From Leptogorgia sarmentosa (Eukaryota): a stretch of DNA of 64,000 nucleotides. The DNA lies in NCBI GenBank assembly GCA_964658305.1, contig OZ210885.1, positions 17,546,001-17,610,000 on the forward strand, written 5' to 3'. This document shows, in pieces, positions 50,801 through 62,701 of the stretch. The notes beneath the pieces were generated by a model. That model made no database searches. It was not told where the DNA came from and was given only the letters and a program-made list of their open reading frames with translations. The first letter of the stretch is position 1. Every line of letters begins with the position of its first letter. The position numbers were made by a program, and so were the translations under genes.

Positions 50801-51010
50801 TTTGACAACTTGTAGCGTTGCATTTTCTGCCAGATACTTCTCTTTCAACTCCTTTCTTCTTTTAGCTAATTCACCGATTGGAAACCGCTTCAAAGAGACA
50901 GCTTTGTCACTTGCTTTACGCTTGCCCATCAGCTTCGCACGTACGGCTCTGTTCCAAGGTTCCAATACTTCAGATTCATTCAAAACGGGCAAAAGTTGAG
51001 CAAAGCACAT
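47808..51010 (-). pseudogene. DDE transposase related to Chapaev/Transib/RAG1 core, multi-exon, frameshifted
   Basis: FRVAIGADGAPFG (first D), IELVPSDMKW (second D), AEPLHNSNNAW, YRFTGKESR, TPTLW...LGLNSMQGREAKH (E), Cys-rich tail FCYCG...CTIC. 5' exons near 50763-51010 and 50068-50329. Confidence 0.75.
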
Positions 51011-51413
51011 TGATCTACAACGCCATAAAAGAAATGTTCTACAACTAAAACAATTTTAGAAGAGTTCTATGGTTTTAGAAACGCCTAAAACCTAACTAGT
51101 TTGCTTACCGACAATGTTAATTTTCCAGACTTAAAATTAAAACCATCAGCTTAAACGTCGTTTCTTCTTAGTTTTTTCATCAATATGGCCTCCCGCCAAA
51201 TCTTGAGAGATTTTTTTAACAACGTGTTTCCTTTATGTACCTGTGTACCACAAAATATCCATAGAAGGACACCATAGTGCAGATCAATTCCTCAAAGCAT
51301 ACGCGGGAAATTTAAATTACAAAAGACGCCATTTTGAAATTATTCGCCGCCATTTTGAAAATTTTTATGGACATTATCAGTGGCCAAACATTTCAATATT
51401 CTAGCCCGGCGTG

Positions 51414-51827
51414 TTACGTGGAGCTACGGCATTTTTTTGACGTAAGAGTGACGCACGTAAATTCAAAATGTAACCAAGGACGACCAAGTCAAGCGATCTT
51501 CAAAGAACACGAGAACGAAAAGAAGAGAAAGTACCAACAGAGAGTTTTAGAAGTTGAAATGGGCTCTTTTACACCCCTTGTTTTCGGGACAAATGGAGGA
51601 ATGGGGATTGAATGCCAAATTTTTCTTAACAGCTGGCTCAGAAACTGTCGGAAAAAGATAACGAGCTATATTCAATTGTCATGGCATGGTTGAGAACCAG
51701 AATTTCCTTTGAAATCTTAAGATGTGTGCACGCGAGCATCAGAGGGACTAGATCACCTTTCTATAAAAAAGAAGTTGAAGTTGTTGACGATTTTGGACTA
51801 AACGCCAAGACTGCTGGAGTCGTATAG
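51414..51827 (+). pseudogene. CRE-type retrotransposon restriction-like endonuclease C-terminus (3' part)
   Basis: FFDVRVTH, HENEKKRKYQQR, FTPLVFGTNGGMG, WLRTRISFEILR. Continues the ORF broken at 37656. Confidence 0.85.
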
Positions 51828-51887
51828 GACACTATAGTCCTAAATTATTAAAAAAATTTTAGTTACTAAAACTTTACACTTAACAAA

Positions 51888-52140
51888 TCAGCCATTGTAA
51901 ATATAGTATAATGTTAAAGGTAAATTACCTTGAATATTTACAGTGTGTCCCGTAATGGAGACACAGTTATCTTTCTTTGACTTAGTTTCATCAAAGTCAA
52001 TCGTTCTCTGTACAGACTTGCTAACAAAGGATTTCATTGAACCAGAGTCAATAAGAGCACGAACACGGACTTTGTCCACAAAACAGTCAACAAACGGGTG
52101 GATAATGGTACAATTATCCATAAAACTCGTACTTACGACA
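51888..52140 (-). pseudogene. Retroviral-type aspartic protease fragment
   Basis: HPFVDCFVDKVRVRALIDSGSMKSFV. Confidence 0.65.
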
Positions 52141-52342
52141 GGATGGGCGCGATCTCCACCAATTTTCTTTACACTTTACACTTTCGTTTTATCATAGTCC
52201 ATTATCAGATATCCGTTACATACGAGAGAACTTTTAAGATTGTAGTATGGTGGCCCATTGTTCTCATAGCAATAAACAATGATAATACATAAAAAACTAC
52301 CATACACCGTTTGTTTTTTCATGATAAAACATTTAATTACGA

Positions 52343-52991
52343 TAAAATAAAATAAAATAAAATAAAATAAAATAAAATAAAATAAAATAAAATAAAATAA
52401 AATAAAATAAAATAAAATAAAATAAAATAAAATAAAATAAAATAAAATAAAATAAAATAAAATAAAATAAAATAAAATAAAATAAAATAAAATAAAATAA
52501 AATAAAATAAAATAAAATAAAATAAAATAAAATAAAATAAAATAAAATAAAATAAAATAAAATAAAATAAAATAAAATAAAATAAAATAAAATAAAATAA
52601 AATAAAATAAAATAAAATAAAATAAAATAAAATAAAATAAAATAAAATAAAATAAAATAAAATAAAATAAAATAAAATAAAATAAAATAAAATAAAATAA
52701 AATAAAATAAAATAAAATAAAATAAAATAAAATAAAATAAAATAAAATAAAATAAAATTAAAATAAAATAAAATAAAATAAAATAAAATAAAATAAAATA
52801 AAATAGAAAAATAAAATAAAATAGAAAAATAAAATAAAATAAAATAGAAAAATAAAATAAAATAAAATAGAAAAATAAAATAAAATAAAATAAAATAGAA
52901 AAATAAAATAAAATAAAATAAAATAGAAAAATAAAATAAAATAAAATAAAATAAAATAAAATAAAATAAAATAAAATAAAATAAAATAAAA
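52343..52991 (+). repeat. (AAAAT)n microsatellite, about 650 bp, with AGAAAAAT variants
   Basis: Seen directly. Confidence 0.97.
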
Positions 52992-53576
52992 ATATTTATT
53001 TTATTTTCACAGAGCTATATGTTCTTGCAATGAGTAAATGGCTATTTGTGCTACAGTTATAATTTATTTTATTGTACTGTAGCAGCTTGAAAATGTATAA
53101 AGTTTCCACTACTTTCTTGATAAAGACTGTTGTTCTCATAGAGAAAATGTAAACAATGCTTGCATAAGCAAAATGATTGGACAGCACCTTTAAGTTTCCA
53201 AGTTCCCAAACAGAGTGGCTAATTGGTGTTTGAGATGACATGTATATTATTAATATCATTATTTTGGGTAATAATTCTAAGGGTCTTATGTTCTTAATTA
53301 TTAAAAAAATCTAAAAATGTACTCCTGTTAGACTTGTTCACATGTTTAATGTTAACCATGTAATATTCTCCAAAGACAAAGTTGGTATCAGGTGTGGTGT
53401 GTGACAGTGTGTTTGTTGGGAAATGGCTGCACCTCCCACATTGCCACCTGGCCCCATCCCATGCAAATGCAAATGCAAATGCAAACGTAAATGTAATTAC
53501 TGAGCTTACTTAAAATTCACACAGTGTATCTTTGTATGCAAATATGCAATAATAGTAAACAGTACGTTTCATCCTG

Positions 53577-53920
53577 ACCTTATCTTTCCTATGTGGTATT
53601 TGATTTATGTTGGTACACAAAGGTCCTTTATTCGTTACCAGTACATCACAGGAGCTAGCTGGGAGACGAAAATGAGCTGCACATGCCTTTTTAAAATTTG
53701 CTAGGGTTAAATCGTCGTATTCATAGGTCACAAATTCTCTCGGTTGAACTGGTTTGAACGTCTGCTTATTATCAGGTTCGGATGATAGGCGCTGGACGAT
53801 TAGCTCATGTGGTGCGGAGCCAGCTTTTTTCCCTCGCTGTTGGAGTGCATTCGCTTTAATTCTCTTGTGTTTCATCTTGTTCTCTAAGTCGTTCCACGCT
53901 TGCTGCCTTTTTGGGGGCAT
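53577..53920 (-). pseudogene. First exon of a cargo gene homologous to the alpha-kinase N-terminal domain
   Basis: VQRLSSE...REFVTYEYDDLTLANFKKACAAHF...CDVLVTNKGPLC...QIP aligns by eye with VQRLSAE...REFVPFEYDEVTVENIKEACLSHY...CDVLAGEQGPSC...QIP at 7290-7500. Possible donor AAG|GTCAGG near 53577. Confidence 0.75.
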
Positions 53921-54225
53921 TTTGAAGGTAAAATCCAGTTGTAAATGAGTTCATGGTTCACTCCACATGTCATTGACAGACGCCATTTTGTAGTAGCTTA
54001 CACTGCTTTCTGCAATGTCGCAAACTAACAACCGCAAATAACAGACATCGCAGGCTATGAGAATGAGAACGATGGGCCGTGTTTGGAGTTTGAAATTTGG
54101 AAATTGAATTTCGTATGAGAACAATGGGCCAAGGAATGGCGCATCGTTCTCATAATAAAATTGCAAATGGTTATCATATTCACATGTTTTTCAAACTCGA
54201 AATTTATTTTATTTTATTTTATCCT

Positions 54226-54394
54226 ACTTTACTTTTACTTTTACTTTTACTTTTACTTTTACTTTTACTTTTACTTTTACTTTTACTTTTACTTTTACTT
54301 TTACTTTTACTTTTACTTTTACTTTTACTTTTACTTTTACTTTTACTTTTACTTTTACTTTTACTTTTACTTTTACTTTACTTTTACTTTACTT
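54226..54394 (+). repeat. (TTTTAC)n microsatellite
   Basis: Seen directly; source of the spurious poly-Leu and FY ORFs. Confidence 0.97.
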
Positions 54395-54490
54395 TGGAAT
54401 TAAATGTTTTATCATGAAAAAACAAACGGTGTATGGTAGTTTCTTATGTATTATAATTGTTTATTGCTATGAGAACAATGGGCCACCATA

Positions 54491-54861
54491 TTGTAGTACA
54501 AGTTCTTTTATTCTTTTTTATTACAGTGCCTTGTTGACGAGATATTTCAGTTTGAATCTTTTCTTTTGCCCGCTAATTACGTCACGCATTGCATAATGAG
54601 TCATACTTTATCAGACTTTAAAGTTGCTCCTATCAAGAGATGGTTCAGTAAATAAATGGTATGGTTTTGTTTGACCTTAATCTATATATTACGCCATTAC
54701 TTCAAGAATTTTATTCATTGAGGACACAGTTAACTGGCATTAAACAACAACTCATTATGCAATGTGTGACATAATTTGTGGGCAAAAGAAAAGATTCAAA
54801 CTGAAATATCTCGTCAACAAGGCACTGTAATAAATAAGAATAAAAGAACTTGTACTACAAT
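54491..54861. mobile_element. Small inverted-repeat element whose left tip is the IS3EU target
   Basis: Arms of about 80 bp: TTGTAGTACAAGTTCTTTTATTC...TTTTGCCC (54491-54570) and GGGCAAAAG...CTTGTACTACAA (54780-54860). Confidence 0.7.
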
Positions 54862-57681
54862 TACGCTTTAACCGTTCCTCGATCCCACCTGTGGCCGAAT
54901 GAATCCCCTTGCCAGGAGTGTACCAGGCTTCCTGAATATATGAACATAATTTACATTATTTGTAAAGTCCTTCACTGGCAAAATATCGTCACAGCGACCT
55001 GTTAAGGGTTTTTATCATTGTCCATACTCTCAGACTTAAAATAGCAAGAAGAAATACAATAGACCTTAACGATTATTCACATTTTACCCAATGACCTCGT
55101 TTTCATGTTCAATATTTATTTCTATTGCGTGCAAAATATGGTTAAAATTTAGCAAGGTTGTGATCGAATTTAAAGGAGCAGTCTCACCATATGCGCATCT
55201 CATTCTGCGCATAGTGAAATTTGATAGCGTTGGGCCAACGATATCTAATTTCAATCTGTGCATAGCGGAGTTTATTATAATCAAGATGGGGTCCTTGCCG
55301 GTAGGCATGCGTGGCAGTAAACGAAAAAATGCAGGATGTAAAAGAAAATATGAAAGGGCAAGTGTGCGAAGAAATTTGTGGGGTAGTCAGCACAAGAGGA
55401 TATATTTACGCGAAAATATTTTTGAAGCATGGAAAAGCTCGAAAATCGAGGCGGGATACGGGAAATGTAGCAATAGCGACTTCACCACGCATCTGTTATC
55501 TTTAGAATATAGGAGAAGGTAAGAATAATGTAATGTGTGTGTTTTAGTTTGATTCAATTTGAAAGTCATTTGTATAAACGTCATTTAAATGTGTGTTGTG
55601 TATTATTTAACAATTTTAGGTCGGAAATAAAGCATCCACAACGTCGAAGGCAAAGCAAGGGAACTGCCATATGTTCTGCAGAACTACTACCCACTGAAAA
55701 TATTTCTCAAGGTAATCCCTATGCATCCACATACATAAATAGCCCAAAACGATATACTATTACAGTAAACAAGGAATAAAATGCTTGAAATTTGCTATTA
55801 CACCAGTTTAAATTATGCCCATTACTGTATATACTTGTAATCACAATGTTATGGAATTTGCTATATGCATATAACGCTTTAAACATGGCCGACTACAATG
55901 CAACTTTTTACTTTAGGGCAAGAAACATCCACGCCGTCAAAGACTGGAGAAACCCCACAGCTTCCTTCTCTATTGAATCCCCTGTTGTTGGAGATGAAAT
56001 GGATATTAGCATCGCGACAATTGATGCAAATATAAGCTTTGCTCAGTCAGATGCAATCTTTCGTGAAAGGGTATTGATTTGAAAAATATTTTAAAAGCAC
56101 TCGGATGTGAAAATATTAAAGAATTGTAAAATAATACTTTTTGGCAATAGTTGATATGAGTCTTGTATATAATGTATTTGGAGATGTTGTATTTGATGAT
56201 GTGGTGTATCTGAAAAGCTGATATGTATACTGTATATAACAATATTCATTTGAATGCAGTGTCTGGCAGTAATATATTGGTTGTACTTCAAATTTTGTAT
56301 AGCTCTACTATAACCAATCCACACAACATGTCATTGTTCACTGACGACGAGGATAACGACAGTGATAGCAGTCTGGAGAATGCTGCCAGTGCTACCAGGT
56401 AAAAAAATATATCAGATCATACAAAATACTTCACAAGAATGAAACTATAATAAGTCATAAACATTTAAAAATAAACCTCAATAAAATTTGTTTGTCCCCT
56501 ACGGCCTACATGAGCTTACCAAATCCGCTCTTGAAGATTTGAATGAAGAAAAGCAAAGTTATTCAGTGTGGAAATATTTGTGAATACTGAATATGTCATT
56601 TTGACTGTAGGAAGTAGCATAATAGCCATGTTATTTACATCTATTGTCTTTCTTATTTATAGCTCCCTCATGGATGATAGTTTTGATTCACCTCATCTTG
56701 ATGAACAATCTGATGAGCAGCAGGAAGATATGGATTATTCACAGCCCTCAGTCAGCACTCCTGAAGTCACTTATGGACCTCATCAGAAATTTAGCCGGGG
56801 GAATGATGTGTATGCTTTGCAAGAAGAATTTAGCATGGTCAAAGAAAAAAAATTTGTTTGCTCTGTTGATATTCTTCTTGCAGCACTCCAAGCTAGATGC
56901 CAGACTCCTGGGTGCACTGCATTGCCCACTGTAAAACATCACCTTGTGGGTATAACACTCATTGTGAACTGCACATGTCCATCAGAGCATACATATAGGT
57001 TTTGCTCATCTCACCTAGTTAACGACATTTATAGTAACAACTTCCAGGCAGCTGCCTCAGTCATCCTATCTGGAAGCAATTTTGCTAAAGTGGAGCGTAT
57101 GGCAAAATTTCTAAACTTGGAATTTTTGTCCAAGTCCACATACTACAGATTCCAGCACCTGTATTTGATCCCGGAAATAAATAAGTGGTGGTCTTGGATG
57201 AGAGATGAATTGCTCAAGGAGTTTTCAGGGAACGATTTGGTACTTGGTGGCGATGGTCAGTGTGACTCCCCAGGCTTCAATGCCAAGAATCTATGTTACT
57301 TCATGATGGAGGTGAATTCTAATTATATTCTTGACATTGAAGTCCTGGACAAGAGACATGTTGGCCTCACCTCAACAAATATGGAAAAAGAAGCTGTGAA
57401 GAGAAGCCTTGATCGTCTTCAAAGGGATGTGAAAGTGGTTGAATTGGTCACTGATGCATCTACAACTGTAAAAGCATTTCTTGGTAAGCTCATTATTCTC
57501 AAAAATTCACCTAATTTGATTTAGGATAATTTTGTTTGTTTCTTTCAAGAAATATTTCATGTTCTGAAAATATAGTTGCATTGTTCGTTAGTAAAGCGAG
57601 GGGTTGCTGCTTGTATCATTTTCTTTGATTGTTTAAGAAAATACATACCCAGACATGGTTCATAGCTTGGATGTTTGGCAC

Positions 57682-60301
57682 TATTCAAACTGGCCAAAAC
57701 GCCCACAGATCATTGTTGAGCATTAAAATACGAATAAGTAATGTAGTTGATGAATAAATAATGATTTGCCATGTATAAAATGCCACGTTTCCCGTGTTAT
57801 ATGCCATAATTTTGTGCTGATCGCCATGACAATTGGAGTGCTGGATAAAGAAACAGATAAACATGGACCAACGACCTGTTCGCACGCCGTTACGACACAG
57901 AGAGGATGTGCTTCAACCCAATCCAGTACCAAGGCAAGAACCTGTTTATTTCATGCCAGATTGGTTTTCTAGCACAGCCCAGGTGGTTTGTATCAGGTTC
58001 TTCATGTTTGGTCTCAGTGGTTCGATTTTCGTCTGCTTGGTTGGGGTTTTATTTCGGTGGGGTTTTCTCGCCTATCTTGCACTATTATTTCGTACATTAG
58101 CAGTTATTTGGTTGGGAAGTTTATCTCCTCATGCGATGCATGAGCGGTTTCACTTATTTCGTATCTTTATTGTATGAATTGGTGTTCGCGGGGGAATTGT
58201 GTATCGTCCAAGCTTTGGCTTTCCCAAGCTTTTGCTTTTATACCCGGGCAGTATTAGTGTTCTGACAATGTTAGATTTGCTTCAGACTGTGCACGAGTAT
58301 TTCCTGAATTTGAAATTGCCAATTTAATTGGTATATTGAGAGATATGTTTCTGGCAGTGTTCGATTGCTTCAGACCTTGCACGATTACATATTGAATTTG
58401 AAATTGCCAATATCGTTAAATTAGTATATTGAGAGATGTGCTTCTGGCAATGTTAGATTGCTTCAGACCGTGCACGAGGCCAATTGAACTTGAATTTGCC
58501 AATATTGTTAAATTGATATTGCGAGATGTGCTTCTGGCAATGTTAGATTGCTTCAGACCGTGCATGAGGACCGAGTGAACTTGAATTTGCCAATATCATT
58601 AAATTGATATTGAGAGATGTGCTTCTGGCAATGTTAGATTGCTTCAGATTGCTTGAAATTGCCAATAGAGTTGGTATCTTTGAGATGTGCTTGTGGCGAT
58701 GTTAGATTTGTTTCAGACCATGCACGAGTATCTATGGCATTTGAAATTCCAACTTAGTTGGTATATGGGCAGATATATTTATCGCAACGTTACACTGCAT
58801 AAGACTGAGCATGTGTACAGATGGAATTGGAATGATTGCCAAGTTACTTGGTGTATTGACAGATGTGTTTCTCGTCATGTTAGAGTTGCTTTAACCAGGC
58901 ACGCGATACCTTCGTGTTTTGCAGGCGTTTAAGTTTTTGTGTTTTTTTTCGACCTTTGTTAGAATATTGAAATTCTATGTTGTGTTATTTGAATACTGTC
59001 ATTAGTAAAGAAATGAATGATAAATGGGACATACTGAATAAACGTTTGCATTTATGGTATCTGCGTCTATTTTGCGGTTTCAATTGTTACTATTATTACC
59101 TTTGACTGGCAGGGGAAAACTTTCCCAGGGCTATCTAAAGCTCTTTGTGTCCGACTCTGGCAGTTGGGCCGGGACTGTTGCCCCCTTCTGGTCATTCGGA
59201 GGATGCTGTTGTGCTTTATTTTTGTCCCCTTTCTTTCTTTTCCATCTCAGCCACCTGTTAAACGTTTGTCGTGCCTGAGTGGGAAGCTGCCGCTACTATT
59301 GATTTTTCTCCACTGGCAACCGTTGAGAGTTTGAGACACAAGAAATTTGACAGAAGCATCGTCCGGCAACCAGTTCCGGGGCAGCAGTTGCCGGGTACTC
59401 ATCAGTCCCTCCGTCTGATGAGTCTCTTGGTTCACCCGCGAAGTCCTCTGAGTTACTTGTCCGTGACCCTAACACATTTCGTGCGGGTGAAATTCATAAC
59501 CACCCCGAGGTTTGGGGCCGACTGTCTGCAGCTTTACCTAACAACACCGAAACTATGAGCTGGAAAATTTGGCTGGAAAATTTCGCCCTATGTGTATCAG
59601 ACATTGGGCATGGTGGCCACGCAAGAGTTGCGTCGCCAGCACATACCCTGCTCCCAGTATATTGATGACCGTCATCTCGGCCAACATAGGTTTCCTCGCC
59701 AGGTCGGCTTGCCTGTTTCTACGTTGTTGCATGCCGATGTCCCCAGAAGTTTTGACTGTGCTTCCCCTGGGGGGGGAGAGGTGAGACGGCGCACAGCTTC
59801 CGCTCTGGATGCGCCGTTAGCCTGGCTCTATCTGGTTCCGCGTTGGCGGACATTATGGGCCATGTTGGATGGGAAAGAAGCCATACTGCGCTTTATTATA
59901 TGCAGCTGGAGCAGGTGCTTTGACACAACAGCACTTCCGCTCTCATGGCAGCAGCAGTGGATGGTCCTCAATCAGCGGCAGATCTTACTAAATTGTACCA
60001 GGACCTCAGTGCTGTTAAGGATTTTGTCCTCGCACTCCCACCATTGTCTTCGTAGATCATCGTGTGAAGTCCCCTGTGTCCCTTTACTCCTTCCGGTATG
60101 GAAGGGAGACTTGGTAAATATGTTTGGGGGGGGGAAGGATGAGAGGTGGGGAAAGGGGGGGTTGGCGGGATTGGGGTCAGGAGTGGGCAGTAGCGGTTTT
60201 TGCGAAGGAATTCATTCATGATTCATTTGACACAATGGATCTTCCCTTTTCCCAATGCTAATCAATGATCCGTGGAGGAATGGCCAGTTTGGATACTTTA
60301 C
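57682..60301 (+). mobile_element. Internally deleted DIRS-like tyrosine-recombinase retrotransposon
   Basis: Imperfect inverted termini TAT(T/C)CAAACTGGCCA...GATCATTG...AGCATT and no clear TSD. RT fragments (FRAGEIHNH, YIDDRH) and a YR C-terminus HSFRSGCA...IMGHVGW...ALYY at about 59790-59910. Confidence 0.75.
58255..58900 (+). repeat. Tandem repeat with a unit of about 80-90 bp, about 7 diverging copies
   Basis: Recurring GAGATGTGCTTCTGGCAATGTTAGATTGCTTCAGACCGTGCACGAG...TTGAAATTGCCAAT. Confidence 0.85.
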
Positions 60302-61286
60302 AAGTCAAAGAGCATTAAAAAGTGTCTGGCTAAGGTTTGTATTTTTATGTGATGAATCAATCTATACTATGTGTGATTATTGATTTATGACTTTGTATTA
60401 ATTTAGTTGGGTAAATCAAGAGCAATGCAAAAAGTAAAGGACTGGGCCACACACATCATAAGGCATTTTTGGCATTGCTCAAGCACATGCAGAAAGAATG
60501 ATGAAACCTCTGACGAAGAAGCACTGAAAGTTATTAAGGTATTTTAATGTCACATAATGTGTATTATAAGAGTATGTGTAAAATATTAAAGTATAATTAT
60601 ATATTATTGTATATTTTGTTTAGGACATATGGATTGCTTTACCACATCTGCAATCAACATAAGTGGCTGGAAGGTCAGTGTGACCATGAAGAAGATGAAC
60701 ATGATGAAAGTCTACCATGGTTTGATCGTAGAGATAAGGACTACCAAGAGCTGCAGAAAATCATTCTAAATCCTGAGTTACTTGCAAGTTTCAAGTACTA
60801 TACCCGTTTTAGGTAAGGAAAAAGTGTTTGTGATCAATTGTTACAACAAGTTAATTGATAAAATTCAATGTGATTTATAGACATACAAGTGGTATAGAAT
60901 GTGCAAACAGCCTTGGCTTGGTTTACACCCCCAAAACGGACACCTTTCAGGTAAGTTTTGTGTAATATACAAGGTGTATTAAAAAAACGCAACACTTAAT
61001 ATTCAAAATATTCACTTTGTTTTCAAGCACAATAGATTCGTTGTTCGGTTGTTAGCCGATATGAATATCAGACGTTCAATTGTACTGTTGGAAGCCATTT
61101 CAAAGTCCCAGGGGCCTAAAATATATTATGCTTAAGAACAACATGAATATCTTAGAATATTAATTCTATTCTCTTTCGCTGCGCTCAGCCGAATAGAAAT
61201 CATTTCAAATATAAATGGATAACAAAATGAGACTTATAGGAGGTAGCCGCCCAGCTAATATCAAGGGGAAAAACGCAAGCATAAAG

Positions 61287-62215
61287 TTAAAGACCAAGAT
61301 TCAAAGAAACGCTCAGCTGATCCTTGAGGTCTTCACGGCAGTATAAGTCCTTGCTCTTGTCTGACTTCCAGCGACCATGTTTCTTGATTAGAGTATCTGG
61401 AATGTTGTTGTTAGCGGCGGCGGTAGCTGCTCCTATATGCAAAGAATGCAAGCCAAATTGTCTCATGTCGAGACCGATAGCTTTCAACTTCTCCAGAATT
61501 ACTTCTCTTGTCCTAGTATAGGACAGTTGCGACCCAGAGCGGATAGAATACGGGTTGGCCTAACGATGAAAAGTTAGCTTGCCAAAAATATACTCGTAAG
61601 CGGATAATTCTGCCTGTGCCATGGAAGCAAATCTGAGAAGCATGGCATAGGGGCAAGTAACATTCCTGGTCTTAGCGACAACTACTGTGGAACCTTGACG
61701 AAATTGGTCAGTTTTGCTGCGGGGAATAACAATTGACAAGAAGGCATCTTGAATAGTGATGTCACACCATTTGATGTTGGCTAATTCGTACAAAGAGTAA
61801 CGTCCCTAATGTCTGAGAGAGAAGCAGAAGGACCGGCAAATTTTGAGACGAGGGCCTGCAAATGTTCAGGCAAAACAGGCGACTTGCAGGCACAGGTATG
61901 GTCCTGAGCAGCATCTAAGCGTTTGCAACCACGTAAAATGCTTTTAAGAAAAGTGCTCTGACAGGGATTGGGGACACCACACGCATTGTGGAAATAATTA
62001 ATGGCGTAATAAACTAAACTTATTGTACCGAAACGACTACCGGATTGAATTAAATTTACTAAATAAAGTGCCACATAACACTTGTCTGCTGGAAAATACT
62101 CAACATCATTAAATTTTGTAGACCATGTTTTCCACTTTTGGAAATGATACGCACAACACTTGGAGGTCGACTCGGCTGTTGAACTAGCTAATACACTCGC
62201 CACCTTAGGCAGCAT
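61287..62215 (-). pseudogene. Tyrosine recombinase of a DIRS/Ngaro element
   Basis: SAM-like N-domain, IPRSKTDQFRQG, CP, FGLHSLHIGAATAAA, KKHGRWKSDKSKDLY. Frameshifted, and the HxxR Arg is replaced by His. Confidence 0.88.
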
Positions 62216-62701
62216 CGATACCAGACGAGGATCTTTGATCCATGAAGTTCGACCTGTATGGACGAAAAAACGAACTATAATAAATTAAAGTGAATGCAAA
62301 ATGACTGCCTATCTTAACAATGATGTACTGTGATGCAATGGCAGTGATATGACTCAATTCTGGCAGAAATCTGGTGTTAATGTTTGTGAAAACTCACACG
62401 TAATTGACACACGAGTGTGGAAACTCATTTGCTATGAAGCATTTGCCATGAAGCGTACGCAGGATAACCTGACTTATAGTCGCGGATAGTAATGCAGATG
62501 ACTGCACGTATCTGAGACGTCACCACTGGATAACGATATAAGTAGGCTATGAAGCATCGAGCAAAATTATCAGCACAGGGGAGGTAAAACAACCGTGTGA
62601 AAATATCGTATTGACATTTTGAGGGGGTGAGCCGAAAATGTGACTGGAATTGACGTATCTCAGAACGGACTTAACACATGGCCGTTGGTTACTGAAAGGG
62701 A

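Larger units (their letters stand above)
37657..51413 (-). mobile_element. CAC...GTG DNA transposon of the Chapaev/Transib/RAG1-related group with two convergent genes
   Basis: TIR CACGCCGGGCT(G/A)GAATA at 37657 and 51413. 3-bp TSD TTA (37654-37656 / 51414-51416). Excision restores CRE coding GFW-LRGATAF. Confidence 0.85.
52246..54490. mobile_element. Non-autonomous IS3EU-like element with long, microsatellite-bordered TIRs
   Basis: TIR of about 95 bp starting TATGGTGGCCCATTGTTCTCATAGC. Perfect 6-bp TSD TTGTAG (52240-52245 / 54491-54496). First 10 bases are identical to copy 2. Confidence 0.88.
55174..60950 (+). mobile_element. Kolobok DNA transposon with a multi-exon transposase, split by a YR element; right end not seen
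   Basis: TTAA|AGGAGCAG terminus. CQTPGC..CTCPSEH, GGDGQCDSPGFNAK, STNMEKEA, ELVTDAS, HSLDVWH (to 57681) | KSKSIKK (from 60302), RHFWHCS, HHICNQHKW, HTSGIECAN. Confidence 0.85.

Noticed and set aside
37657..51413. True ProtoRAG (RAG1L/RAG2L) element
   Set aside because: The TSD is 3 bp rather than 5, I see no RSS-like CACAGTG heptamer or nonamer at the ends, and the second ORF shows no kelch repeats or PHD finger.
54097..54417. Poly-Leu and (FY)n ORFs
   Set aside because: Translations of the (TTTTAC)n microsatellite.
57833..58177. Small membrane-protein ORF
   Set aside because: T-rich sequence inside a deleted DIRS-like element, with no recognisable motif.
58255..58900. CRISPR-like repeat-spacer array
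   Set aside because: The whole unit is repeated and diverges gradually; the apparent spacers are homologous to each other.
60965..61110. Tc1/mariner-like TIR (TACAAGGTGTATTAAAAAAACGCAACAC)
   Set aside because: I found no matching second TIR, so it cannot be delimited or supported.
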